A stretch of DNA of 64,000 bases from Fusobacteriaceae bacterium (GTDB taxonomy: Bacteria > Fusobacteriota > Fusobacteriia > Fusobacteriales > Fusobacteriaceae): contig JBOFUX010000041.1 in NCBI GenBank assembly GCA_051652785.1, positions 8,471-72,470 on the forward strand, in the 5' to 3' direction. Positions within the stretch are counted from its first letter, which is position 1. Every line of letters begins with the position of its first letter. Below are positions 9,498 to 19,324 of this stretch, in pieces. The translations under genes were made by a program, and so were the position numbers. The notes under the pieces were generated by a model. The model searched no databases, had not been told where the DNA came from, and worked only from the letters and a program-made list of their open reading frames with translations.

Positions 9498-10724
9498 TTA
9501 AAAAGCCCAATTACCATTTTCAAATATTGATATTCTTTTTCCATCTAAGGTTTCTCCTATAATTGAGAGATCTGAACTTCCAATCATGAAGTCTACATGT
9601 GTAAGAGAAGTGTTTACTCCCTTCTCTTTTTTTTCTTTCTCTGTTAAGTTTTCTCCATTTTTAATACAACTTAAATAGGCTTCTCCTATGGCTAAATGAC
9701 ACGAAGCATTTTCATCATACAGTGTATTATAAAATATTATCCCTGATTTTGAAATTGGAGAATTAAAAGGAACTAATGCTACTTCTCCTAAATATTTAGA
9801 TCCCTCATCTGTTTCTACTAAATTTTTTAGTATTTCCTTTCCTTTTTCAGCATAGTACTCTATTATTTTTCCATCTTTAAATTTAATTTTAAAATTATCT
9901 ATTATATTTCCATTATAAACAAGTGGTTTAGAACTTATCACAGTCCCATTTACTCCTGTTTTTTTAGGAAGAGTAAAAACTTCTTCTGTGGGAATATTAG
10001 CAACAAAAATATTTCCTTTTTCATCTTTATCTCCTCCACCTGCCCAAATATGATTTTTAGGAAGTTCTATAGTTAAATCAGTTCCTAAAGAATTTTTATA
10101 GTATAAAAATTTAAACTGTTTTTCATTTAAAAACTTTTGTTTTTTACTTAAATTTAAATTATGCTCTTTCCAAGATTTTATAGGATCTTCTGTATTTATT
10201 CTAGTTACTTCAAAAATAGAATCCCATAAATTTAAAACAGCTTTCTCTTCAGCGACATCAGGAAAAACTTTTTTTGCCCATGATTTTGTTGGAACTGATA
10301 TAACACACCATTTATTTTTATTATTCATAATTCTTTCATAGTGAGATTTTAATGATTCTCTTCTAAGTATATTATATTTTGACACTCTTGTAGGATTAAT
10401 ATCTTTTAATAGTGTTGGATCTGTTGCTGATATACTTAAAAAAGATGCTCCTTTTTCACTATAGTATTCCACTGATTCTGATTGCCACTTAGGAATATTT
10501 TCAAATATATCATCACTTCCATAAAGATAACGTTCTTTAGATACTATATCGTCATTCCAAAATACAATTACTTCTTTTGCTTCTAATTTATATGCTTCTT
10601 TCACTATAAATCTAGTAAATTCAAATGTTTCTGTAGGAGAATTAACTATCAGTATATCTCCCTTCTTTATATTAACCCCAATATTAACTGCCAATTTTGC
10701 ATACTTAATTAGCTTATCTTCCAT
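9498..10724 (-). CDS. pepS: Aminopeptidase, M29 family (PepS/AmpS-like)
   Basis: About 408 aa with M29-type sequence throughout (…GEVALVP…CHLAIGEAY…HVDFMIG). I prefer the ATG at 10724 (AGGAG 10 nt upstream) over the TTG at 10733 used by the ORF track. Confidence 0.85.
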   Translation of the reverse strand: MEDKLIKYAKLAVNIGVNIKKGDILIVNSPTETFEFTRFIVKEAYKLEAKEVIVFWNDDIVSKERYLYGSDDIFENIPKWQSESVEYYSEKGASFLSISATDPTLLKDINPTRVSKYNILRRESLKSHYERIMNNKNKWCVISVPTKSWAKKVFPDVAEEKAVLNLWDSIFEVTRINTEDPIKSWKEHNLNLSKKQKFLNEKQFKFLYYKNSLGTDLTIELPKNHIWAGGGDKDEKGNIFVANIPTEEVFTLPKKTGVNGTVISSKPLVYNGNIIDNFKIKFKDGKIIEYYAEKGKEILKNLVETDEGSKYLGEVALVPFNSPISKSGIIFYNTLYDENASCHLAIGEAYLSCIKNGENLTEKEKKEKGVNTSLTHVDFMIGSSDLSIIGETLDGKRISIFENGNWAF

Positions 10725-10741
10725 TATATTCAATCTCCTTT

Positions 10742-11419
10742 TTATTTACTTTTATCAGTTATAAATCTTCCCGTTTCTATAAAATCTAAAATATACTCTG
10801 CTGTTCCCTGTTTTTTATGTAATTCTTTATGCCCAAAAGGAATATTTAAAATTTCAAATTCTTCATTATCTTTTTCATTATCAAAAACAACTTCATCATT
10901 ATTATAAATTCCATCATTATATGGTTTTAACCATTTTTGATATATTTTACTACTATGTTCAGTTCCTCTAATTATTCCAACTGCTGTATTTTCTGGTTTT
11001 TCTATCTTTTCTATCTCATTATTTAGAAATATTTTAAGAGGTTTGAATATAAAGCTCAAAGGTTTTATAAATATTTTTAATTTTTTTGTAATTATCGGAG
11101 TTTTTGTAGGAGAAGCTATTAAGAGCATTTTTACAAGAGAATTTTTTAATCCTTCTTTTTCAACTACCTTCCTAACTAGAATACCTCCAATACCGTATCC
11201 TATCAGTATAAGCTCTTCATGTTGTTCAAATTTACTTTCTTTTATGCTAATTATTTTTTCTTTTATTATTTTTTCACTAACTTCTATATTTTCAAAAGTT
11301 AACGGTAATTCTAAATTATCCACTCTAAATCCTAGATTTGAAAGAAAATTTTCAATAAAATTCATATCTTCACTAGATCCTAAAAATCCATGTACTAATA
11401 ATATTCTATAAAAATCCAT
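10742..11419 (-). CDS. Alpha/beta-hydrolase-fold protein with non-canonical nucleophile elbow (GYGIG)
   Basis: 225 aa. The N-terminus LLVHGFLGS is an oxyanion-type motif. The elbow LILIGYGIGG has Gly where Ser is expected. Good RBS. Confidence 0.5.
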   Translation of the reverse strand: MDFYRILLVHGFLGSSEDMNFIENFLSNLGFRVDNLELPLTFENIEVSEKIIKEKIISIKESKFEQHEELILIGYGIGGILVRKVVEKEGLKNSLVKMLLIASPTKTPIITKKLKIFIKPLSFIFKPLKIFLNNEIEKIEKPENTAVGIIRGTEHSSKIYQKWLKPYNDGIYNNDEVVFDNEKDNEEFEILNIPFGHKELHKKQGTAEYILDFIETGRFITDKSK

Positions 11420-11517
11420 AATAGTCTCCTTTTTGTTTTTCTTTAATTATAGACTAACATTAAAAAAAAAACAATTATAAATATAAATAAATATATTTTT
11501 AAAACTTTAAATATATT

Positions 11518-11546
11518 TTGACTTACAAATTATTTTGTAGTATAAT
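11518..11546 (+). promoter_or_regulatory. Consensus-like sigma70 promoter (TTGACT-17-TATAAT) with a palindrome in the spacer
   Basis: TTGACT at 11518-11523, a 17-nt spacer containing TACAAAttatTTTGTA, and TATAAT at 11541-11546. It lies 57 nt upstream of the TonB-dependent receptor ATG. Confidence 0.5.
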
Positions 11547-11602
11547 ATTTCCATTATAAGATTTAATATATCATATTAAATATCTAGGGAGGAAATTTTC
11601 AA

Positions 11603-13735
11603 ATGAAAAAATTATTATTGTTATCACTTTTTATTAGTGCACTTTCCAATGCTCAAGAAATACAGTTAAAAGAAACCTTAATTACATCTTCAACTGGATT
11701 TGAAGAATCAGCAATGAAAGAAAATAAAAATGTTACTGTTATTACAAAGGAAGATTTAGAAAAAAAAGTTTATACTGATATTTCTGAAATTTTTAGAGAC
11801 GCACCTAACGTAGTAGTTCAAAATACACACTTTGGACCTGTTATTGATCTAAGAGGTAATGGAGAAAGAGCAATTTCTAGAGTTAAAATTCTAGTTGATG
11901 GTATTTCTGCTAATCCTTTAGATGAATCTATGGGAGTTGTTCCTCTTAATACTATTCCATCAAATAGTATTGAAAGAATAGAAATTATTCCTGGAGGAGG
12001 AGCGGTTTTAAACGGCTCAGGAACAGCTGGAGGAATTATTAATATAATAACTAAATCCTCTGCTAGAAAAAACTTCTTTAACAGTGAATTCGGCGGTCTT
12101 TCTTATGATACCCAAAAATATACAACTGCTGCAGGATATAATATAACAGATAGTTTATATGCTAATTTTGGTTATTCATATCTTATGGGGGAGGGATATA
12201 GAGATGGAGATAAAAGAGAAAATGGTGCCTTTAATGGTGGAATAGATTATAAAATAAATGATAAAAATAGAATCAGATTTCAAGGAAGTAAATTTTCTGG
12301 ACGTGAAGATGGTTCTTATCCAATATCTAAGGAACTTTTAGCTCACGATAGAAGAAAAAAAGGTTTTTCTAGTGAATCAAAAACTGAAAGGGAAGTATAT
12401 AGTGTAGACTATGAATATAAAGCAACTGAGAATTTGACTTTACTTTCTACTTTTTATAAGCAAAATTATGAAAAAAACTTTACTGATTTAATACATATGA
12501 AAACCTTTAACATAAAAATGGGAAGTATGCCTTTTCCTATTACCATGAAAGATGTTGATTCAGGTATGGATGGATTATTTAGTGAAAAAACTCAAGGTAT
12601 AAAATTAAAAAGTAAATATAAGTATGAAAATGGTGAAATAATTTTAGGTTATGATTATAGTAAAACAGATTTAATAAGACACAGTCTTGTAACTGCAGCA
12701 GGAAAAGGATTTATGAGTCCTAGTCCCAGTATGCAAATTCCTTTAGGAGATGTAGATGTAATTGTTGATTTACTTAATGATATGTATAAAGAAACTCATG
12801 GATTTTATGGATTAAATAAATACAATTTAAACTCTGACTTACAACTTACAACAGGTTTAAGATTTGAAACTTCTACATATGGTGGGGATAGAATTAGTTC
12901 TACAACACCTTCTATGAATGGAAAGCCTGTTGGAACATTTGTTAACACTACTTCTTCAGATAAAACCGAAGAGAATTTTGCTGGAGAATTAGGACTTAAC
13001 TATGCTTATAATTCTACAGGAAGTGTTTACACTAGATATGAAAGAGGATTTATTTCACCAGTTCCAGGTCAAGCGACAAACAAAATAGCAGGAGAATATT
13101 ATGCTAATGATATAAAATCTGAAACATCTAATACATTTGAAGTTGGACTTAAAGATTTTATTGGAAATACTTTCGCTTCATTAGCCATCTTCACTACTTT
13201 TACAGATGATGAAATAACTATTCAGCAAGGAAATGTTCATAATCCCGCTACTAAAGAATGGATTTGGCTTAACCTTGATAAAACTAGAAGAATAGGAACT
13301 GAATTATTTTTAGAGCAATATTTTGGAAAATTAACACTTAATCAAGGTATCACCTATGTTAATGCTAAAATCACCAAGGGAGAGTATAAAGGGGAAGATG
13401 TTCCTTTAGTTCCTGAAGGAAAAATAACATTAGGTGCTTCTTATAAATTTACAGAAAAATTTTCTACCGGATTACTTTTTAATTATATAGGTAAAACAAC
13501 AGTTAGAGAATATGATAGTGAGCATACGTTAACAACAAATAAAACATTTAAAACTGATATCTCATCTCATAACTTTACAAACTTAAATTTTAATTATAAA
13601 GTAAACGACTATTTTTATTTAGGAGCAGGAGTTAATAATTTATTCAATAATAAATATAATTATACTGAAACGAGAAGTTCGGCAATTCCAGCACCAGAAA
13701 GAAACTATTATCTTTCTGGTAGTATAAAACTATAA
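11603..13735 (+). CDS. TonB-dependent outer-membrane receptor
   Basis: 710 aa with a signal peptide, an N-terminal plug region (…DLRGNGERAISRVKILVDG…IEIIPGGGAVLNGSGTAGGIINIITK) and a C-terminal beta-barrel with alternating aromatic pattern. Confidence 0.85.
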   Translation: MKKLLLLSLFISALSNAQEIQLKETLITSSTGFEESAMKENKNVTVITKEDLEKKVYTDISEIFRDAPNVVVQNTHFGPVIDLRGNGERAISRVKILVDGISANPLDESMGVVPLNTIPSNSIERIEIIPGGGAVLNGSGTAGGIINIITKSSARKNFFNSEFGGLSYDTQKYTTAAGYNITDSLYANFGYSYLMGEGYRDGDKRENGAFNGGIDYKINDKNRIRFQGSKFSGREDGSYPISKELLAHDRRKKGFSSESKTEREVYSVDYEYKATENLTLLSTFYKQNYEKNFTDLIHMKTFNIKMGSMPFPITMKDVDSGMDGLFSEKTQGIKLKSKYKYENGEIILGYDYSKTDLIRHSLVTAAGKGFMSPSPSMQIPLGDVDVIVDLLNDMYKETHGFYGLNKYNLNSDLQLTTGLRFETSTYGGDRISSTTPSMNGKPVGTFVNTTSSDKTEENFAGELGLNYAYNSTGSVYTRYERGFISPVPGQATNKIAGEYYANDIKSETSNTFEVGLKDFIGNTFASLAIFTTFTDDEITIQQGNVHNPATKEWIWLNLDKTRRIGTELFLEQYFGKLTLNQGITYVNAKITKGEYKGEDVPLVPEGKITLGASYKFTEKFSTGLLFNYIGKTTVREYDSEHTLTTNKTFKTDISSHNFTNLNFNYKVNDYFYLGAGVNNLFNNKYNYTETRSSAIPAPERNYYLSGSIKL

Positions 13736-13782
13736 TAATCCCCCCCTTCTAATAGACTTAGAGGGGGGGATTATTATAGTTT
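13727..13782. terminator. Bidirectional intrinsic terminator (20-bp perfect stem with C7/G7 core)
   Basis: AAACTATAATAATCCCCCCC (13727-13746) pairs perfectly with GGGGGGGATTATTATAGTTT (13763-13782) around a 16-nt loop. It sits between convergent genes, and the left arm includes the receptor stop codon. Confidence 0.75.
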
Positions 13783-13795
13783 TTATCTATTGTAT

Positions 13796-14482
13796 TTACT
13801 CATTATTTAAAAATTTATAAGTAATTCCACCAATAATAGCTCCAATAATAGGTGCTACCCAGAATAACCAAAGTTGAGAAATTGCCCCTCCACCTACAAA
13901 AATAGCTACTGCTGTACTACGTGCAGGATTTACTGATGTATTTGTTACTGGAATACTTATTAAATGAATTAATGTTAAAGCTAAACCAATAGAAATTGGA
14001 GCAAAACCTTTAACTGCATCTTTTTTGGTAACACCCATTATTACAAAAATAAATCCTGCTGTTAATACAATTTCAATCACTAAAGCTGATAATAGAGTGT
14101 ATCCACCTGGTGAATGAATTCCATAACCATTAGTAGCAAAACCACTATCTAAAGAAAACCCTGCTATTCCACTAGCAACAATATATAAAATAGTTGCTCC
14201 AAAAATTCCACCTAAAACCTGAAATAATATATAAGGAAGTAATTCTTTTTTATTAAAACGTCCTCCCACTGCTAAGCCTATAGAAACTGCAGGATTTAAA
14301 TGACAACCTGAAATATCTCCAATTGCATAAGCCATAGTAAGAACACTCAGTCCAAAAGCTAAAGAAACACCTGTAAACCCAATTCCTAACTCTGGAAATC
14401 CTGCTGCTAAAACTGCACTTCCACATCCACCTATAACTAGCCATGCTGTACCTATAAACTCTGCTAACAACTTCTTTTTCAT
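13796..14482 (-). CDS. aqpZ: Aquaporin Z
   Basis: 228 aa with two NPA boxes (HLNPAVS, VNPARS) and the MIP-family pattern. Confidence 0.9.
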   Translation of the reverse strand: MKKKLLAEFIGTAWLVIGGCGSAVLAAGFPELGIGFTGVSLAFGLSVLTMAYAIGDISGCHLNPAVSIGLAVGGRFNKKELLPYILFQVLGGIFGATILYIVASGIAGFSLDSGFATNGYGIHSPGGYTLLSALVIEIVLTAGFIFVIMGVTKKDAVKGFAPISIGLALTLIHLISIPVTNTSVNPARSTAVAIFVGGGAISQLWLFWVAPIIGAIIGGITYKFLNNE

Positions 14483-14604
14483 TTTTCCTCCAAGTAATTT
14501 TTTATATTATAGAATATTTTATAATATTCCTAAGTTGTTATTATACCATGAAAAATGAAAATAAAAAATTATTTTATAGTTTCTTATAGCTATTCACACT
14601 ACAT

Positions 14605-16983
14605 TTAATCTATTTTTTGTGGTTCTATATGCCATATTTCATTTGAGTATTGAAGAATTGTTCTATCTGAGGAAAATTTTCCTGCATTACATATATTTAG
14701 CCATGCTTTTTTTGCCCAAGCTAGTTTATCACTATATAGAAGATTTACTTTTTTCTGAGTATTTCTATATTCTTCAAAATCCTTTAATACATAATATTCA
14801 TCAGCACTATGCCAATCTGTTCCATTCATTAATGAGTCATATATTTCTCTAAACATCCCTGTTCCATCATCAGAAAATGTTCCATCTATTAGGGAATCTA
14901 TTACTGATTTTAATCCTTCTACATTTGAATAGATATCCCACGGGTTATATCCTTCTATTTTTTTTATATCTTCCACTGTAAGACCAAAAATAAAATTATT
15001 TTCTAAACCAGCTTCTTCCACTATTTCAATATTTGCACCATCTAATGTACCTAGTGTTAATGCTCCATTTAGCATAAATTTCATATTACCTGTTCCTGAA
15101 GCTTCCTTTCCTGCTGTGGAAATTTGTTCTGAAATATCTGCGGAAGGGAATAATTTATGTGCTACAGATACACGATAGTTTTCTATAAAAATAACTTTTA
15201 TTTTATTATTTACTTGAGAATCATTATCTATTTTTTTTGCAACTTCATTTATTAATTTTATTATAGCTTTAGCTCTTCTATATCCTGGTGCAGCTTTTGA
15301 TCCAAATATGTATGTTACAGGCTCCATTTGAATACTAGGATTTACTTTTATCTTATTGTATAAATCTATAATTTGAAAAATATTTAAAAGTTGTCTTTTG
15401 TATTCATGCAATCTTTTAACTTGAATATCAAAAATAGATTCTGGATTTATCTCTATATTTTGATTTTCTTTTAGATATTTTGCTAGCTGATTTTTTTTTA
15501 TATTTTTTATATTAAGAAATTTTTCTAGTATTTCTTCATCATTAGAATATTTTTCTAATTTTTTTAATTGTGTTAAATCTAATATCCAATCTTTTCCTAT
15601 AAGTTTTGTTATTAACTCTGAAAGTTCAGGGTTTGAAAGTAATAACCATCTTCTTTGAGTTATTCCATTTGTTTTATTTTGAAATTTTTCTGGATAAAAT
15701 TCGTACCATTCTTTTAGCTCTTCTGTTTTTAGAATTTCAGTATGAATAGAGGCTACCCCGTTTACATAGGAGCTTCCGTAAATAGCAAGCCATGCCATAT
15801 GAATAAGTTCCCCTTGAATAATAGACATTCTATTTTGTCTATCATAATCTCCGGGATATTTTTCTTCAAGAGCAAATTTCAATTGGTTATTTATCCCCAA
15901 TATTATTTCATAAATTCTTGGTAATATCTCTTTATATAATCCTATCCACCATTTTTCTAATGCTTCTGCTAATATTGTGTGATTTGTATAAGCAAAAGTT
16001 TTAATAACTATTGACCACGCTAAAGTCCACTCAACCTCTTCTACATCACATAGTAGTCTCATTAACTCAGGAACAGCTATTGTTGGATGTGTATCATTTA
16101 ATTGAATTACTGTAAATTCTGGTAATCTAGTAAAGTCTTTTCCATGAACTTTTTTAAATTTTCTTAATATATCTTGTAAAGATGCTGATACAAAGAAATA
16201 TTGTTGACGTAATCTCAGTAATTTTCCTTCGTTTGTTGAGTCATTTGGATAGAGTACCCTTGAAATATCTTCAGCTCTATTTGCTTTCCAAAGAGCTTTA
16301 TTATAGTCTTGATCATTAAATGCATTATAATCTAAATCTTCTGTTGGAAGGGACTCCCACAGTCTTAACGTATTTATATTGTTCGTTCCATATCCAATTA
16401 TTGGTGTATCATAAGGTATTGCTCGAACAGAAAAATCTGAAAAATCTACTTTTACTTCCTCACATATTTTTTTTACAGACCATGGATCACCATATTTCAA
16501 CCAAGTTTCAGGCTTCTCAACTTGAAATCCATTTTCTATTTTTTGATTAAAAATACCATTTTTATACCTAATACTATAACCTTTACCTGGTAAATTTAAA
16601 GTTGCTAAAGAATCAATAAAACAAGCAGCAAGTCTTCCTAATCCGCCATTTCCTGTCCCTGCATCATCTTCTTCCTCTTCAATTAAATTATAATCTATTT
16701 CAAGTTCTTCAAAGGCTTTTTTTACACTTTTTATAATTCCTAAATTTATCAAATTATTTCCCAGTGCTCTTCCCATTAAAAATTCTGAAGAAAAATAATG
16801 TGCCTGTTTTACACTCACATATTTTTCTGCTGTTTCTAACCACTTTTCACTAATTGATTCTACTATTGTTCTAGCTAAAGCAAGATAAATATCATGTTTT
16901 TCTGCATTTTCAATTCTTTTTCCAGCATCAACCAAAAGATGTTTTTTTATTCCATCTTTCAATTGCTTTTTATTTAATTTCAT
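14605..16983 (-). CDS. glgP: Glycogen/maltodextrin phosphorylase
   Basis: 792 aa with the PLP-lysine region EASGTGNMKFMLNGALT and GT35-family sequence throughout. Confidence 0.9.
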   Translation of the reverse strand: MKLNKKQLKDGIKKHLLVDAGKRIENAEKHDIYLALARTIVESISEKWLETAEKYVSVKQAHYFSSEFLMGRALGNNLINLGIIKSVKKAFEELEIDYNLIEEEEDDAGTGNGGLGRLAACFIDSLATLNLPGKGYSIRYKNGIFNQKIENGFQVEKPETWLKYGDPWSVKKICEEVKVDFSDFSVRAIPYDTPIIGYGTNNINTLRLWESLPTEDLDYNAFNDQDYNKALWKANRAEDISRVLYPNDSTNEGKLLRLRQQYFFVSASLQDILRKFKKVHGKDFTRLPEFTVIQLNDTHPTIAVPELMRLLCDVEEVEWTLAWSIVIKTFAYTNHTILAEALEKWWIGLYKEILPRIYEIILGINNQLKFALEEKYPGDYDRQNRMSIIQGELIHMAWLAIYGSSYVNGVASIHTEILKTEELKEWYEFYPEKFQNKTNGITQRRWLLLSNPELSELITKLIGKDWILDLTQLKKLEKYSNDEEILEKFLNIKNIKKNQLAKYLKENQNIEINPESIFDIQVKRLHEYKRQLLNIFQIIDLYNKIKVNPSIQMEPVTYIFGSKAAPGYRRAKAIIKLINEVAKKIDNDSQVNNKIKVIFIENYRVSVAHKLFPSADISEQISTAGKEASGTGNMKFMLNGALTLGTLDGANIEIVEEAGLENNFIFGLTVEDIKKIEGYNPWDIYSNVEGLKSVIDSLIDGTFSDDGTGMFREIYDSLMNGTDWHSADEYYVLKDFEEYRNTQKKVNLLYSDKLAWAKKAWLNICNAGKFSSDRTILQYSNEIWHIEPQKID

Positions 16984-17016
16984 AATTCCCTCCTAAATAT
17001 TTTTAAATTTCATTCT

Positions 17017-17814
17017 CTAATTTTGAACAGATAATTCTTGCATAGAATGTAAATTTATTTCTTTCCAAAAATTACCATTATAATTTTCTGCAAGTTTCAT
17101 TATATAAATATCATTATGAATATGTTCGGCTACTATATAAACAAGAAGTTTATTCTCAGAATATGTACCACTAAATTTACCACTATAGTTACTAGCTATT
17201 ATAGCCTTTTTCATATCAGAAACAACTAAAATTCTTTTATTTTCTTGGGTTTCTTCTTCTTTAATTTCATTTCTATAATAAACTTCTATTCCCAATTCTT
17301 CATAATTTTCTTTTTTAAAACTAAAAAGAATAACTCTAATCCCTCTTTCTTTCAAAGTTTTAAAAATATCTTTAAATTTTTTTAAGTCCCAATTAGTATT
17401 TATATATATCTCTTTTTCGCTGCTACTTAGCATTTGAGAAATTCTTTCTATCACTCCTCTTTCAGAATTTAAATTATAAAATTGAGATTCTGAGGAATTT
17501 ACATTAACCTCTTTGAATTCTTTTTCTAAAATCTTAGCCGCATTGTTCATCTCTTCTTTTGCTCTTTTCAAAAGTAATTTCGGATCTATTGCCACATAAT
17601 AAGTTATTTCCCCTTCTTGTAAAGATAAAATATATCCTTTAGATGATAATTTTGCTAAAATATCATAAACAGTACTCCTAGGATACCCTAATTTTTTAGC
17701 TATTTTAGAGCCATTAGAAGATGGGCTCTTAATTAATTCATAATAAACTTCGCTTTCTTTTAACGACAATCCTAATTTTTCTAAATTTATAATTATATTT
17801 TGTCTCTTGTCCAA
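17017..17814 (-). CDS. TrmB-family transcriptional regulator
   Basis: 265 aa. The N-terminal wHTH (LGLSLKESEVYYELIKSPSSNGSKIAKKLGYPRSTVYDILAKLSSKGY) is typical of TrmB. The gene is embedded in the maltodextrin cluster. Confidence 0.75.
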   Translation of the reverse strand: MDKRQNIIINLEKLGLSLKESEVYYELIKSPSSNGSKIAKKLGYPRSTVYDILAKLSSKGYILSLQEGEITYYVAIDPKLLLKRAKEEMNNAAKILEKEFKEVNVNSSESQFYNLNSERGVIERISQMLSSSEKEIYINTNWDLKKFKDIFKTLKERGIRVILFSFKKENYEELGIEVYYRNEIKEEETQENKRILVVSDMKKAIIASNYSGKFSGTYSENKLLVYIVAEHIHNDIYIMKLAENYNGNFWKEINLHSMQELSVQN

Positions 17815-17818
17815 AATT

Positions 17819-19309
17819 TCACCTCATATTTTTCTTAGTTATTTTCTTTAATCTTTTTGCTAACTTCAATGTTAAATCTTCCTCTTTAAATCTCCATTGC
17901 CAATTTTCTGATGATGTTGAAGGTATATTCATTCTTGAGTTATTGTCAAGTCCTAATAAATCTTGCATTTGAGTTAGTGCCATTAAAGATTTACTACTCC
18001 AAACAGCTTCTATAAACTTCCAATTTATTTCATCAGAAATAACAAACTCCATTTCACCTAAATACTCATCACATTTTCTCTTGTCTGATTTTTTTACATT
18101 CTCATACCAACCTACAACGGTTTCATTATCATGAGTTCCTGTATATGCAACTGAATTTTCTAAATATTTATGTGGTAAGTAATCACTTTCTTCTTTAGAA
18201 TCAAAGGCAAATAATAAAATTTTCATTCCTGGGTAACCACTTTCAATTAACAATTGCTGTACTTCTAATGTTAAAAAACCTAAATCTTCTGCTATTATTG
18301 GCATATCTCCTAAAGAATTTTTTATTGTGTTAAACAATTTAATTCCCGGTCCTTTTTCCCATTGCCCTTTAGCAGCAGTTTTTGAATTAGCAGGAATAGA
18401 CCAGTATGACTCAAAACCTCTAAAATGATCAATTCTTACAATATCATGAAGATTAAAACAAGATTTTATTCTTTCTACCCACCATACATATTCATTTTTC
18501 TCTATATTAGACCAATCGTATAAAGGATTCCCCCATAATTGTCCATCAATACTAAAATTATCTGGAGGACAGCCTGCTACTCTGGTAGAATTTTTATTTT
18601 TATCAAATAAAAACATCTCACTTTTGGACCATGCATCACTGCTGTCAGAAGCTACAAATATAGGAATATCACCTATAATTTTTATATTCTTTGAATTAGC
18701 ATATTTTTTTAATTTTTTCCATTGTTTATAGAATATGTATTGTAGAAAAATATAGAACTCAATCTCTTTTTTCAATTCTTTTTTTATATTTAATATGGAT
18801 TCTTTTTCTCTATTTTTATATTCACTTGACCACTCATTCCAATTTTTTTGATTAAATTTTTCTTTTAATGCCATAAATAAACAGTAGTCTTCTAACCAAT
18901 ATTTTTCTTTTTTTTGAAAAATAATTGTTTCTTTTGATCTATTTTTTTTTATAAAACATTCATAAGATTTTCTTAATATAGGAAATTTATAAGTATATAT
19001 ATCCCCATAATTTATACTTCCTTTCTTATTTATTCTTTCTAAAATCTCTATATCTTCTCTTTCTAAAAGTTCTTCTTCCACTAAATTTTCTACATCAATA
19101 AAATATGGATTTCCTGCAAAAGAAGAAAATGATTGATAAGGAGAGTTCCCATATCCAGTTGGTCCTATTGGAAGTACTTGCCACAATTTTTGTTCTGCAT
19201 TTTCTAAAAAATCTACAAATTCGTATGCTTTTATTCCTAAATCCCCAATTCCATATGCACTAGGAAGGGAACTTATATGTACAAGTATACCACTTTCTCT
19301 TTCGAACAT
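17819..19309 (-). CDS. malQ: 4-alpha-glucanotransferase (amylomaltase, GH77)
   Basis: 496 aa. Starts SGILVHISSLPS.YGIGDLG and contains RIDHFRGF and GTHDN. Confidence 0.9.
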   Translation of the reverse strand: MFERESGILVHISSLPSAYGIGDLGIKAYEFVDFLENAEQKLWQVLPIGPTGYGNSPYQSFSSFAGNPYFIDVENLVEEELLEREDIEILERINKKGSINYGDIYTYKFPILRKSYECFIKKNRSKETIIFQKKEKYWLEDYCLFMALKEKFNQKNWNEWSSEYKNREKESILNIKKELKKEIEFYIFLQYIFYKQWKKLKKYANSKNIKIIGDIPIFVASDSSDAWSKSEMFLFDKNKNSTRVAGCPPDNFSIDGQLWGNPLYDWSNIEKNEYVWWVERIKSCFNLHDIVRIDHFRGFESYWSIPANSKTAAKGQWEKGPGIKLFNTIKNSLGDMPIIAEDLGFLTLEVQQLLIESGYPGMKILLFAFDSKEESDYLPHKYLENSVAYTGTHDNETVVGWYENVKKSDKRKCDEYLGEMEFVISDEINWKFIEAVWSSKSLMALTQMQDLLGLDNNSRMNIPSTSSENWQWRFKEEDLTLKLAKRLKKITKKNMR

Positions 19310-19324
19310 TTTTACAACCCCTTT

